From: Dehalococcoidia bacterium
Lineage (GTDB): Bacteria; Chloroflexota; Dehalococcoidia; GIF9; AB-539-J10
NCBI GenBank assembly: GCA_030615965.1
Contig: JAUWYE010000001.1
Location: 1 to 46,351, forward strand
Length of the DNA stretch: 46,351 bases
Direction: 5' to 3'
Shown here piece after piece: positions 24,330 to 32,346 of this stretch. Position numbers and translations under genes: made by a program. How positions within the stretch are numbered: the first letter of the stretch is position 1; each line of letters starts with the position of its first letter. Below the pieces are notes generated by a model. That model was not told where the DNA came from, ran no database searches, and was given only the letters and a program-made list of their open reading frames with translations.

Positions 24330-25826
24330 ATGCAAGGGCGCACTTGGAAAAATATTGAAATTGACACAGCGGAGGAAATCAAAACACACCTTTTAGAAAA
24401 CGGCGGGGTTGAAGAAGAAGTTAAAAGCCAGCATGAAGGATGGCAGGTTAAATTTTCTGATTGTACATTCACTTATTACAAAAAAGGTACGATCTATAGC
24501 ACACCTTCAAATTCCAACGATCTCGCTGTGCTCGAAGCATGGAAGCAGATAGATTCGGTTGTGGGTTCTGCTTATGCCCTTCCTACAAAGGATTTTCTCA
24601 TAGGGTTAGATGAAACGGGAAAAGGTGAGGTTATTGGGCATACTGTTCTTACTGGTGTGATTTTCCCTAAGGAAATTTTTGATAAAGTAGATTTGCTAAT
24701 AGGCCCTGCAGATACAAAGAAGAGGCATGAGTTTGAATATTGGGATAAAATATTCAGAAAACTAGATCAATTCAGAAGCTTAGGGTTTGATTTTATCACC
24801 GAAAAAATTCCACCTTGGCATGTGGATAAATACAACCTCAATAAAATCATGGATGTGGTTTACCAAAAGATTTTATCTATCTTTCTCAGAAGAGCTCAAA
24901 TTGAAGATTGCAGAATTGTTTTGGATGATTATGGAATAGGCCGTACATTAAAACGGTTTCTGAATTTTTTGGAAATGCAGGGGGCGGAAGTAGTAGTAAC
25001 CACAAATTCAGAGGATAAATATCTTGAGGCAAAAACAGCGTCTTTAACCTCTAAGAGGACAAGAGAGGCCGTTATGAAGGCAATAAACGACAAGCCCGAA
25101 TTTCAAATAGACAGTTTATCCATAGGTTCTGGTAATGCTGGAGACAAGCAAACTTCGGAATGGCTCAAAAAGTGGTATGCATCAGGCGAACAATGGCCGT
25201 GGTTTGTTAAGAAGTCTTTCAAGACTATTTGGGAGATAGAAGGAAAGACTGGTAAGCCCAAAAAGGTGATTCCTCCTATTAAAGAAGAATTGCTATCGAA
25301 AGATTTCATTGAGGAATTCAATAGAGGAAATCTATCTGTAAAGTCCCTTTTTCTTGTATGTTCACATTGTGGAGCAATAAACAAGGCAATATCTTATGCT
25401 ATATCTAAAGCGAAATGCCCTTCGTGTAATAAATTTATTGATGATGTGGGTATCACTCTCAAATACTATTGCAGTTACTCTGTGCCAGATAGCAACATAA
25501 TTATGAGAGGGTTATTATCCAAAGACCTTGAAAACAAGAGGTTTTTCGAGGGTTTTACTATAGTCATTCCTCCTGTTGTTAGAAGAGAATGCGACAACTC
25601 TGGTGGGAAAAAAGAATTTGAGAGACTGGCAAAATTTGCATCGATGGGGAGAATAAAATTGGAGGAACCAGGCAAAGTTGAAGATATACCAGAGGGTTTA
25701 TCAAGTCTCGAACGGGATGAAAGAATTATGGAGTACGTTTTAGAGTATAACGCTGTATTTATCACGGCTGACAATCAAATGAAAGCTCAGGCGGTGTCGA
25801 AAGATGTATTTACAATATTTGCCTAA
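24330..25826 (+). CDS. RNase HIII-like domain / Zn ribbon / PIN domain fusion protein
   Basis: N-terminal GWQVKFSDCTFTYYKKGTIYSTPSN resembles the RNase HIII N-terminal (TBP-like) domain. RNase HII/HIII catalytic pattern: IGLDETGKGEVIGHTVLTGVI (DE), PADTKK, VLDDYG, NSEDKYLEAKTAS. Zn ribbon CSHCGAINK...CPSCNKF. C-terminal PIN pattern: VPDSNIIMRG ... IVIPPVVRRECDN ... ERDERIMEYVLEYNAVFITADNQMKAQA. Confidence 0.65.
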   Translation: MQGRTWKNIEIDTAEEIKTHLLENGGVEEEVKSQHEGWQVKFSDCTFTYYKKGTIYSTPSNSNDLAVLEAWKQIDSVVGSAYALPTKDFLIGLDETGKGEVIGHTVLTGVIFPKEIFDKVDLLIGPADTKKRHEFEYWDKIFRKLDQFRSLGFDFITEKIPPWHVDKYNLNKIMDVVYQKILSIFLRRAQIEDCRIVLDDYGIGRTLKRFLNFLEMQGAEVVVTTNSEDKYLEAKTASLTSKRTREAVMKAINDKPEFQIDSLSIGSGNAGDKQTSEWLKKWYASGEQWPWFVKKSFKTIWEIEGKTGKPKKVIPPIKEELLSKDFIEEFNRGNLSVKSLFLVCSHCGAINKAISYAISKAKCPSCNKFIDDVGITLKYYCSYSVPDSNIIMRGLLSKDLENKRFFEGFTIVIPPVVRRECDNSGGKKEFERLAKFASMGRIKLEEPGKVEDIPEGLSSLERDERIMEYVLEYNAVFITADNQMKAQAVSKDVFTIFA

Positions 25827-25958
25827 AAACTTAGCGGGCTCTGGCACTCTGCGTCTCTTCGGGGCTTGCCTCGCAACTTCGTTTGTGTCGGGAACATTAA
25901 ACAAAAGTCCACAGTGTTACGTTTGTTCACATCTACCCCTGCTTAGGTCAACAGCTCG

Positions 25959-25987
25959 TTGACAACACTACTTCAGGCTGATACATT
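25959..25987 (+). promoter_or_regulatory. sigma70-like promoter for the HNH gene
   Basis: TTGACA (25959-25964), 17-nt spacer, TACATT (25982-25987). The -35 is embedded in the inverted repeat GTCAAC-agctc-GTTGAC. The track's TTG start at 25959 is this -35 element. Confidence 0.45.
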
Positions 25988-26003
25988 TGTAGGTGGAGTA
26001 GCT

Positions 26004-26789
26004 ATGATTTCCATTCCTAATCGATGCATATGGTGTCTGGGTGAACCGCCTACCGCCGAATTTGATACTAGCCATGTTTTGCCTGAGTGCGTGGGCAACG
26101 CAAATCAACAAGTCCTACCAGCGGGCATTGTCTGCAAACAGTGCAACAATTATTTTGGGAGTAAAGTGGAGCCTGCCTTGCTTCGGGACCCACTTTTTCA
26201 TGTTATAGCTGTCCTTCTCCGGCTTAAAGACCCGCGGGACATGAATGAATTCCGTGACTATGTCTTTGACACTGAACATCCGCCGTTAGGAAGCGTTGAA
26301 AGAAAGCTTCATTGCGACATAGACATTTCACCTAAAAACCTGGCTCTGAACGTTAAATATGGAATTCAGGGGCGGATGATCAAATCCTACAAACCTAGGG
26401 AGTTAGCTTTTCTCTCACGCGCGGTCCACAAGATAGCTTTCGAAAGTCTAGCATGGACAATATTTGTAAAAAGCTCTCCGACAGACATGGATATTTTTGA
26501 CGCCCGCTTTGAGCCAACTCGAAAGTGGTCTCGCTATGGCAAACCAGTCAATCCTATTAGGCCGGTGGTTCGCCTTCAAACATTCGATGTAAAGCCTGTA
26601 TGGGAATATCGTATCTGGAGATTTGGTGAATCCCTAGGTGTTGAGTTGAACCTGTTCGGGGACTGGTATGGAGTGAGTCTCACATCGTCATCAGAAAAAG
26701 CAGGTGATGACCTCAAAAAGTGGGTGGGTTCTCAGAAACCTAACTATCTCTTCTGGTTTGTCGGGGACAAGCTCTCAACTCTGATATGA
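26004..26789 (+). CDS. HNH-family endonuclease-like protein (HNH_5-like N-terminus plus unknown C-terminal domain)
   Basis: ATG at 26004, preceded by GGTGGAG. CIWCLGEPPTAEFDTSHVLPECVGN...IVCKQCNNYFG gives CxxC...H...CxxCN, the zinc-bound HNH pattern. Confidence 0.6.
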   Translation: MISIPNRCIWCLGEPPTAEFDTSHVLPECVGNANQQVLPAGIVCKQCNNYFGSKVEPALLRDPLFHVIAVLLRLKDPRDMNEFRDYVFDTEHPPLGSVERKLHCDIDISPKNLALNVKYGIQGRMIKSYKPRELAFLSRAVHKIAFESLAWTIFVKSSPTDMDIFDARFEPTRKWSRYGKPVNPIRPVVRLQTFDVKPVWEYRIWRFGESLGVELNLFGDWYGVSLTSSSEKAGDDLKKWVGSQKPNYLFWFVGDKLSTLI

Positions 26790-27102
26790 GTGGGTTCTAG
26801 TCCATCTATTGCTTGATTAGTTGAAAGTCAGGGGATCTGCCGAAGCATCACATTTAGAAGGCGAGTCTTGTGCAGTGAGGGCAACAATAGCCTGTTTTGT
26901 TACCTCATTACATAAACTGGGAATGTTGTATTGTGACCATGCCACATTAAACACGCACCCTAAACGGCAAAAGTTGTGTGTTATTGCGTCCCCATAATCC
27001 AGATTGCGGTGATATACTATAAGCTAGGGATTTTGGAAAAACTAAACTGCTATAGAGTCTAAGTAATATGTCAGGAGGTGGTCTACGAACAAGTCAAAAC
27101 AT

Positions 27103-28578
27103 TTGATAGCTTTGGGTGTTATCCTTAGCTTGGTGCTGTCGTCTCTGACCCCCCTTATCCTAATAAATACCGCCCAGGCTCAGCTTGCCGATAGCCCGTG
27201 GCCTATGTTTGGCCAGAACCTGCAGCACACCGGCAGAAGTCCTTACACCGGTCCCGAAATACCGGAACTGAAGTGGAGCTTTCTTACAGGTTCACATGTC
27301 GGCTCCCCCGCCATAGGGTCTGATGGGACAATCTATGTTGGCTCTAGTGACCATAGGCTCTATGCCATAAACCCCGATGGCAGTGAGAAGTGGAGCCTTC
27401 TTACAGGTAGGGTCATCGGCTCCCCCGCCATAGATGTCGATGGCACCATCTATTTTGGCTCAGGGGATGGTAGGCTCTATGCCATAACCCCCGATGGCAC
27501 TGAGAAGTGGAACTTTCTTACAGGTGGGTATTACTTTTCCTCCCCTGCTATAGGGACTGATGGCACCGTCTATTTTGGCTCTTACGATGATAAGTTCTAT
27601 GCCCTAAATCCCGATGGCACCCTGAAGTGGAGCTTCAACACAACTGACGTAGTCTCATCCCCTGCCATAGGGACTAATGGCACCATCTATTTTAGTTCAG
27701 GGGATTTTAGCTCAGGGGATAGTAGGCTCTATGCCATAACGCCCGATGGCACTGAGAAGTGGAACTTTCTTGCAGGTGGGTACGCCCGCTCCCCCACCAT
27801 AGGGGACGATGGCACCATCTATGTTGGTGGCTCCGGTAATCTCTTTGCTATAAACCCCGACGGCAGTGAGAAGTGGGCCTTTCTTACAGGTGGAGGTGTC
27901 GCCGCCATAGGGGCTGATGGCACCATTTACGTTGGCTCTTCCGATAATAGGCTCTATGCCATAAACCCCGACGGCACCGAGAAGTGGAACTTTCTTACAG
28001 GAGGGGGCGTCGGCTCCCTCGCCATAGGGGCCGATGGCACCATCTATTTTGGCTCAGGGGATAGTAGGCTCTATGCCATAAACCCCGACGGCATCGAGAA
28101 GTGGAGCTTCATCACCGGAGGGGATTTCATCTCATCCCTTGCTATAGGGGCTGATGGCACCATTTATTTTGGCTTTGAGGACCCATATGAGCTCTATGCC
28201 ATTGGCAGGGAAGCGTCAGTGCTACCACCCTCGTCGTTATGCTTTATCGCCACCGCAGCCTATGGCACACCAATGGCCGGGGAAATACAGATTCTGCGTG
28301 AATTCAGGGATGGATACCTGTCGGTGAACCCGTTGGGGCAAGCTCTGGTAGACTTCTATTACAAGGTCAGCCCGCCAATAGCCGAGTTCATAACTGAGCA
28401 TCCCAGCCTCAAGCCAATAGTGCGGGTTGGGCTATTGCCCGCTGTGGCTATGAGCGCCATAGCCGTCAACACTGCACCAGCTGAGAAGGTGGCTATAGTA
28501 GGCTTGTTGGTGCTGATTTCAGTAGTAGTGGCTGTATGGGCGACGAGGCGGCGAGGCAGAGGTCCAGAGTACAACTAA
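27103..28578 (+). CDS. secreted PQQ-like/BamB-like beta-propeller repeat protein with a C-terminal CFIATAAYG anchor module
   Basis: Signal LVLSSLTPLILINTAQA. About 10 repeats of DGTIYVGSSDNRLYAINPDGTEKWNFLTGG.VGSSPAIG. The C-terminus is CFIATAAYGTPMAGEIQILREFRDGYL... plus a TM helix and an RRRGRG tail. TTG start. Confidence 0.8.
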   Translation: MIALGVILSLVLSSLTPLILINTAQAQLADSPWPMFGQNLQHTGRSPYTGPEIPELKWSFLTGSHVGSPAIGSDGTIYVGSSDHRLYAINPDGSEKWSLLTGRVIGSPAIDVDGTIYFGSGDGRLYAITPDGTEKWNFLTGGYYFSSPAIGTDGTVYFGSYDDKFYALNPDGTLKWSFNTTDVVSSPAIGTNGTIYFSSGDFSSGDSRLYAITPDGTEKWNFLAGGYARSPTIGDDGTIYVGGSGNLFAINPDGSEKWAFLTGGGVAAIGADGTIYVGSSDNRLYAINPDGTEKWNFLTGGGVGSLAIGADGTIYFGSGDSRLYAINPDGIEKWSFITGGDFISSLAIGADGTIYFGFEDPYELYAIGREASVLPPSSLCFIATAAYGTPMAGEIQILREFRDGYLSVNPLGQALVDFYYKVSPPIAEFITEHPSLKPIVRVGLLPAVAMSAIAVNTAPAEKVAIVGLLVLISVVVAVWATRRRGRGPEYN

Positions 28579-28623
28579 GGTTAAAATTACACAATAACTT
28601 GGAATGTGTGATTGGATAAAATA

Positions 28624-28675
28624 GAAGGACTGGATGTCCCAACACCGAGAAAGTCCAGCCCTTCTGAGTTTTGTT
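28624..28675 (+). terminator. possible terminator between convergent genes
   Basis: GAAGGACTGGA (28624-28634) pairs with TCCAGCCCTTC (28654-28664) with one mismatch and a 19-nt loop, followed by TGAGTTTTGTT. Confidence 0.3.
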
Positions 28676-28694
28676 AGCCTGTGTAGTAACAGCC

Positions 28695-28832
28695 CTACTT
28701 GCCGATTCTGAATACCTTCGTGCCACAGGTTGGGCAGATGCCCTGAGTTGCAGGTCTGCCGTTCTTCATTGTGATTCTTCTGGGATCTTTAATCTCCTTC
28801 TTGGCACGGCACTTCATACAGTATGCTTGCAT
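28695..28832 (-). CDS. 45-aa zinc-ribbon protein (DUF5679-like), absent from the ORF track
   Basis: RBS GGAGGG 5 nt upstream. MQAYCMKCRAKKEIKDPRRITMKNGRPATQGICPTCGTKVFRIGK*. The CxxC...CxxC pattern and the KNGRPA..G.CP.CGTK..RIGK core are recalled from DUF5679 proteins. Confidence 0.65.
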   Translation of the reverse strand: MQAYCMKCRAKKEIKDPRRITMKNGRPATQGICPTCGTKVFRIGK

Positions 28833-28946
28833 TTGACCCTCCTCTCTTTTGGTGTAGATAGTAGGCTATTCACTCCCACGGTGTCAATAGCCATTACAGC
28901 TAAGATACTGAAGCCGAACATTTGACCTGGAATGTTACTTTAGAGG

Positions 28947-28980
28947 TAAAAAATAGGGTCGAGGTTAAGTCCTCGACCCT
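28947..28980 (-). terminator. intrinsic terminator after 28998..29498
   Basis: Perfect 10-bp stem AGGGTCGAGG / CCTCGACCCT (28955-28964 / 28971-28980) with a 6-nt loop, followed on the minus strand by ATTTTTT. Confidence 0.7.
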
Positions 28981-28997
28981 GTTCGATTTGAGGGATA

Positions 28998-29498
28998 TTA
29001 CAAATGGAATAATGCTGGCTGCTCCGCCTTTTTCTTGGATACCTCTTCTTCTCGCTTCTCTCGCCTCTCATCCCTGTCCCTCTCCTGCCTTGCGCGGGTC
29101 CGCCGCTGATAAATCCAGTCCTTCAGCCGGCGCAGCTCTCCCATCTGATAGTCACTGATTGACTCCACTCGGATATCTTCAGGCAGGATGCCGCCTTCTT
29201 TAGAGCGATGGCGACTATAGACCTGGTTGGTGATGTAAAGGTAAATCTGCGCCCAGTCGCTATCTATAGGATTGGTCAGGCTGGCAGTATAGAGGTAGGC
29301 ACAGGCTTCGGCATTCGTGCCTGTCATCTCCTCCCCCCTGTGTGCCCTTATATTCATGACAAGCCTCTCCAAGGTAATGGCAGTCTTGAGCCAGTCGGGA
29401 AGATCAGCGCCCCATCCCCCAGGAAAAGCAATAATGGGGTCTGTTAAGCATCCCACTATTTCCGAGACGCCCTTCTCAATTTGGACTTCAGTTGTCAA
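28998..29498 (-). CDS. hypothetical element protein with an acidic/basic C-terminal tail
   Basis: TTG start 4 nt after GGAGGTG. 166 aa, no family recognised. Confidence 0.55.
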   Translation of the reverse strand: MTTEVQIEKGVSEIVGCLTDPIIAFPGGWGADLPDWLKTAITLERLVMNIRAHRGEEMTGTNAEACAYLYTASLTNPIDSDWAQIYLYITNQVYSRHRSKEGGILPEDIRVESISDYQMGELRRLKDWIYQRRTRARQERDRDERREKREEEVSKKKAEQPALFHL

Positions 29499-29554
29499 TC
29501 ATCACCTCCTTTCTAGGCTATATTAGCCCTATGCTTTTGGCCCCAGCTACTCTA

Positions 29555-29800
29555 TTAGTATTTGAGGATACCAAAGACCTTTTTAATAGCCTTTTCTATC
29601 TGGGGTCGGATTTCCTCGCCAGGCGGATTCCGCCAACCAACGACTGTGCCATCGATATCGTCCATGGCGACGGCTCCCCACACCTCACAGGCGTCATGAA
29701 CGGTATACCAGCTACCTGAAGTGGCTGTAGGTATGTGGGTTACGGTGAAGCGGACTTCCCCCATCTGTATTGTCTCTTGGCGAACTGTGATCTCTGCCAT
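29555..29800 (-). CDS. hypothetical element protein (81 aa)
   Basis: The ATG at 29800 lies 6 nt after AGGAGGTG. The track start (GTG at 29809) lies inside the RBS. Confidence 0.55.
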   Translation of the reverse strand: MAEITVRQETIQMGEVRFTVTHIPTATSGSWYTVHDACEVWGAVAMDDIDGTVVGWRNPPGEEIRPQIEKAIKKVFGILKY

Positions 29801-29862
29801 TGATTTCACCTCCTTTCTTTCAGATTTTTGGCTGTAGTAGCCCTATACATTCGAGCCTCGAC

Positions 29863-29967
29863 CTAGCTCTCAGTCTTGTCTTGACACTCAAGGCAAAGTC
29901 CCTGCTCTTGCTCCTCGCTAGAAGTTAGGTCGTTTCCACACTCTCTACAACTTGGGTAACTTGACAT
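29863..29967 (-). CDS. 34-aa zinc-ribbon peptide, absent from the ORF track
   Basis: GGAGG 6 nt upstream of the ATG. MSSYPSCRECGNDLTSSEEQEQGLCLECQDKTES* (CxxC...CxxC). It overlaps the 3' end of 29945..30133 by 23 nt. Confidence 0.4.
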   Translation of the reverse strand: MSSYPSCRECGNDLTSSEEQEQGLCLECQDKTES

Positions 29968-30133
29968 CTTTAGCCTCCAGTTGCTTTCTAGCCTCACTCA
30001 TAATCCGCTCATAGTAGGTTGGGTTTTCCTTTTTCAGTTGCTCCATTACGTACTGGCCCTTACCACCGCCGAGCAGGGCACGGCAGGCGTAGTCGATATT
30101 GATTTGGTCTAGCGTCTCTTGTAACGTTTCCAT
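29945..30133 (-). CDS. hypothetical element protein (62 aa)
   Basis: Its start overlaps the ligase stop (TAATG), which suggests translational coupling. Confidence 0.5.
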   Translation of the reverse strand: METLQETLDQINIDYACRALLGGGKGQYVMEQLKKENPTYYERIMSEARKQLEAKDVKLPKL

Positions 30134-31068
30134 TATGACACCATCTTTCTGAATGTCGGGAAGCGGAGCTTTGCGCTCGGCTCAAACGGCATATACAGAT
30201 ACCTAACCTCACACTTTAGCTCTGGTCGTGCCCAGAACTTCACCGGCCTATCGGTGTCAGGTTTAGCCTCAAACGGACACCCTCCCTTGTAGAGAGTCAA
30301 AGCGGCCAGCGTCGCACTAAGTTGGCTGTGGGTAAACCCGCTACCCACATTACCCACATAGGTCAGCTTGCCATCTACCATCTCCCCTAGTATCAGGCTA
30401 CCAAATGTGTCGCTCCTCTCATTCTCTCCCTCAGTTACCCCGCAGATATAGTAGGGTGCCTCCTTGAAGTTTTTAACCTTCAGCCAGGTAGGCCAACGCT
30501 TCCCTTCAAGGTATGTCGCATACTTATCCTTTGCCATTATCCCTTCCAGGCCCTTCTGTTTTTGCTCTTCAAATAGGCTCTCTCCAGAATCCGCCCACTC
30601 CAAAGGCTTTGCGTAGGGGCCTGGTGCAAGGATGTCGTTCAGGATTGCCTTGCGTGTTATAAGGGGCTGTTGCTTGACGCTTTCACCATCAAGGTAGAGG
30701 ATGTCAAAGACGTAGTAGTAAATGGGATACTGGGTGCGGGCAATCCTTATACGGAATGGGCTGTCCAGATGTATCCTATGCTGAATAGTGTTGAAGTCCA
30801 CGCCGGCAATCTCACCATCAAGGACACAGGGTTTCCCGCTCTGCCGATATAGTTCGGCTAGTTCGGGAAACCTGTGAGTGATGCTTTTACCAGTTCTGCT
30901 CTGTAACTCTGTTTTGCCGGCAAGGACGGCGACACACCTTACGCCGTCTATCTTCTTCTCATAGAGCCAGTCCTTGCGGTCAAGGTCTTTTGCGGACCCC
31001 AGTTCCGCTAACATTGGCTGTATTTTCGTCCTTTGTACTTCGGTGAAAAACTTAGGTTGGTCGTCCAC
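30133..31068 (-). CDS. ATP-dependent DNA ligase (LigD ligase-domain-like core)
   Basis: Motif I YEKKIDGVR (KxDG), motif III VLDGEIAG, motif IV LEGIMAKD, motif V TWLKVKN. GTG start 5 nt after GGAGGTG. Confidence 0.85.
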   Translation of the reverse strand: MDDQPKFFTEVQRTKIQPMLAELGSAKDLDRKDWLYEKKIDGVRCVAVLAGKTELQSRTGKSITHRFPELAELYRQSGKPCVLDGEIAGVDFNTIQHRIHLDSPFRIRIARTQYPIYYYVFDILYLDGESVKQQPLITRKAILNDILAPGPYAKPLEWADSGESLFEEQKQKGLEGIMAKDKYATYLEGKRWPTWLKVKNFKEAPYYICGVTEGENERSDTFGSLILGEMVDGKLTYVGNVGSGFTHSQLSATLAALTLYKGGCPFEAKPDTDRPVKFWARPELKCEVRYLYMPFEPSAKLRFPTFRKMVS

Positions 31069-31117
31069 TGGTTCACCTCCTTTCTGGACAATACTTGTCC
31101 TAATTTTCGCTGGGATT

Positions 31118-31882
31118 TTACTTTACCCCAACCAGCTTGAGACTCTCGATTAGTGCTTCGGCAACATCGGCTACGGGTGCTTTCTCCGGGACCGCGGTGA
31201 TGACCTTACCCGCCAATTTAGCCTCAATTAGCTGCTCGACGGCCTCTCGGTAGTCGTTGTGATACTTGGGATGCTCAAACTCCGCTGTCATCGCCTTAAC
31301 CAGAGCCAGTGCCATCTCCATCTCCCTGTCCGATATCAGTGCCATCTGCCTGGGCTTCAGGTCCTCATACGGTCTCAGTTCATCGGCGTAGTGCAGGGTT
31401 TGGAGTAGCATTATCCCGTCATAAGGTCTGATTGCGGACAGATGTTCCCTATCACGGTAGGTTAGCTTGGCAATGGCAACCAGATTAACCGATTCCATAG
31501 CCTTTAGGAGTAGAGTAAAGGCTTTTACCCCGGCATCTTCGCATGATAGGAAGTAGCAATCGGCATAAGCCCTTTTGTCTATCCCGGTGCTGTCCACAAA
31601 CTCCACCACCTCGATCTGCTTTAGGCTCTTTAGCGGTAAGCTCTGGAAGTCTGTTTCCTCGAGGATAATGTGCTGAGTCTCGCTTAACTCGTAGCCTCGC
31701 TTAATCTCGGCAGTTTCCAGCTTGCATTCACACACAGGACACCACTTCGGCATCTGTATTCTGCTTCCGCAAGCGGTGTGATACTGGTGAAAAGGCACTC
31801 GCCTATCATCTGTAGCGGTGTAGAGCTTGGCTGAGATTGACACCATCCCGAAGTTGATACTACCTTTCCAGATTGACCTCAT
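31118..31882 (-). CDS. ku: Ku DNA end-binding protein
   Basis: MRSIWKGSINFGMVSISAKLYTATDD is the canonical bacterial Ku N-terminus. 254 aa. Confidence 0.9.
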   Translation of the reverse strand: MRSIWKGSINFGMVSISAKLYTATDDRRVPFHQYHTACGSRIQMPKWCPVCECKLETAEIKRGYELSETQHIILEETDFQSLPLKSLKQIEVVEFVDSTGIDKRAYADCYFLSCEDAGVKAFTLLLKAMESVNLVAIAKLTYRDREHLSAIRPYDGIMLLQTLHYADELRPYEDLKPRQMALISDREMEMALALVKAMTAEFEHPKYHNDYREAVEQLIEAKLAGKVITAVPEKAPVADVAEALIESLKLVGVK

Positions 31883-31947
31883 AGTTCACCTCCTTTCTTT
31901 TAGATTTCAAAAATGCGGGCTTCGACCTAGCCCCGGTCATTTTCTGT

Positions 31948-32271
31948 TCAAAGCAGGCTTCCTGTTTTGCCCCATCGGCCCGCCGCCACTTCTGCTTCTA
32001 CAGAGCCTTCGGGCAGGGTATCACGGACCCCATGGATTTTGTCCAGAACCCTGCTACCGTGCCTCTGAAGGTCTACGCCGACTATGTTATGTATCTCAGC
32101 ATCTAGCGTACTGATACGCTGCAGCATATAGTCGGGCAGATTAGGAATGTTCGCAGCTTCAGTGACAATGTTGTGAGCCTGCCATAGCGGTTCAAAGATG
32201 TTCTCTATTTCCGCTTCTGCTTTGTCCATAGCCTCGCTTACCGACAGAGCACTCCATTTGATGTTGCCCAT
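31948..32271 (-). CDS. hypothetical element protein (107 aa)
   Basis: ATG preceded by GGAAAGGAGGTG. No family recognised. Confidence 0.55.
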   Translation of the reverse strand: MGNIKWSALSVSEAMDKAEAEIENIFEPLWQAHNIVTEAANIPNLPDYMLQRISTLDAEIHNIVGVDLQRHGSRVLDKIHGVRDTLPEGSVEAEVAAGRWGKTGSLL

Positions 32272-32346
32272 TTTCCACCTCCTTTCCGGGCAAAGTTAGC
32301 CCTATAATAATGACGATTGATGTGTATTCGCTTTTCACCTTATCGA

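Noticed and set aside
25959-26003. TTG start at 25959 for the HNH gene, as given in the ORF track
   Set aside because: That TTG is the first half of a TTGACA -35 box. The ATG at 26004 has a GGTGGAG RBS and begins the conserved CxxC region.
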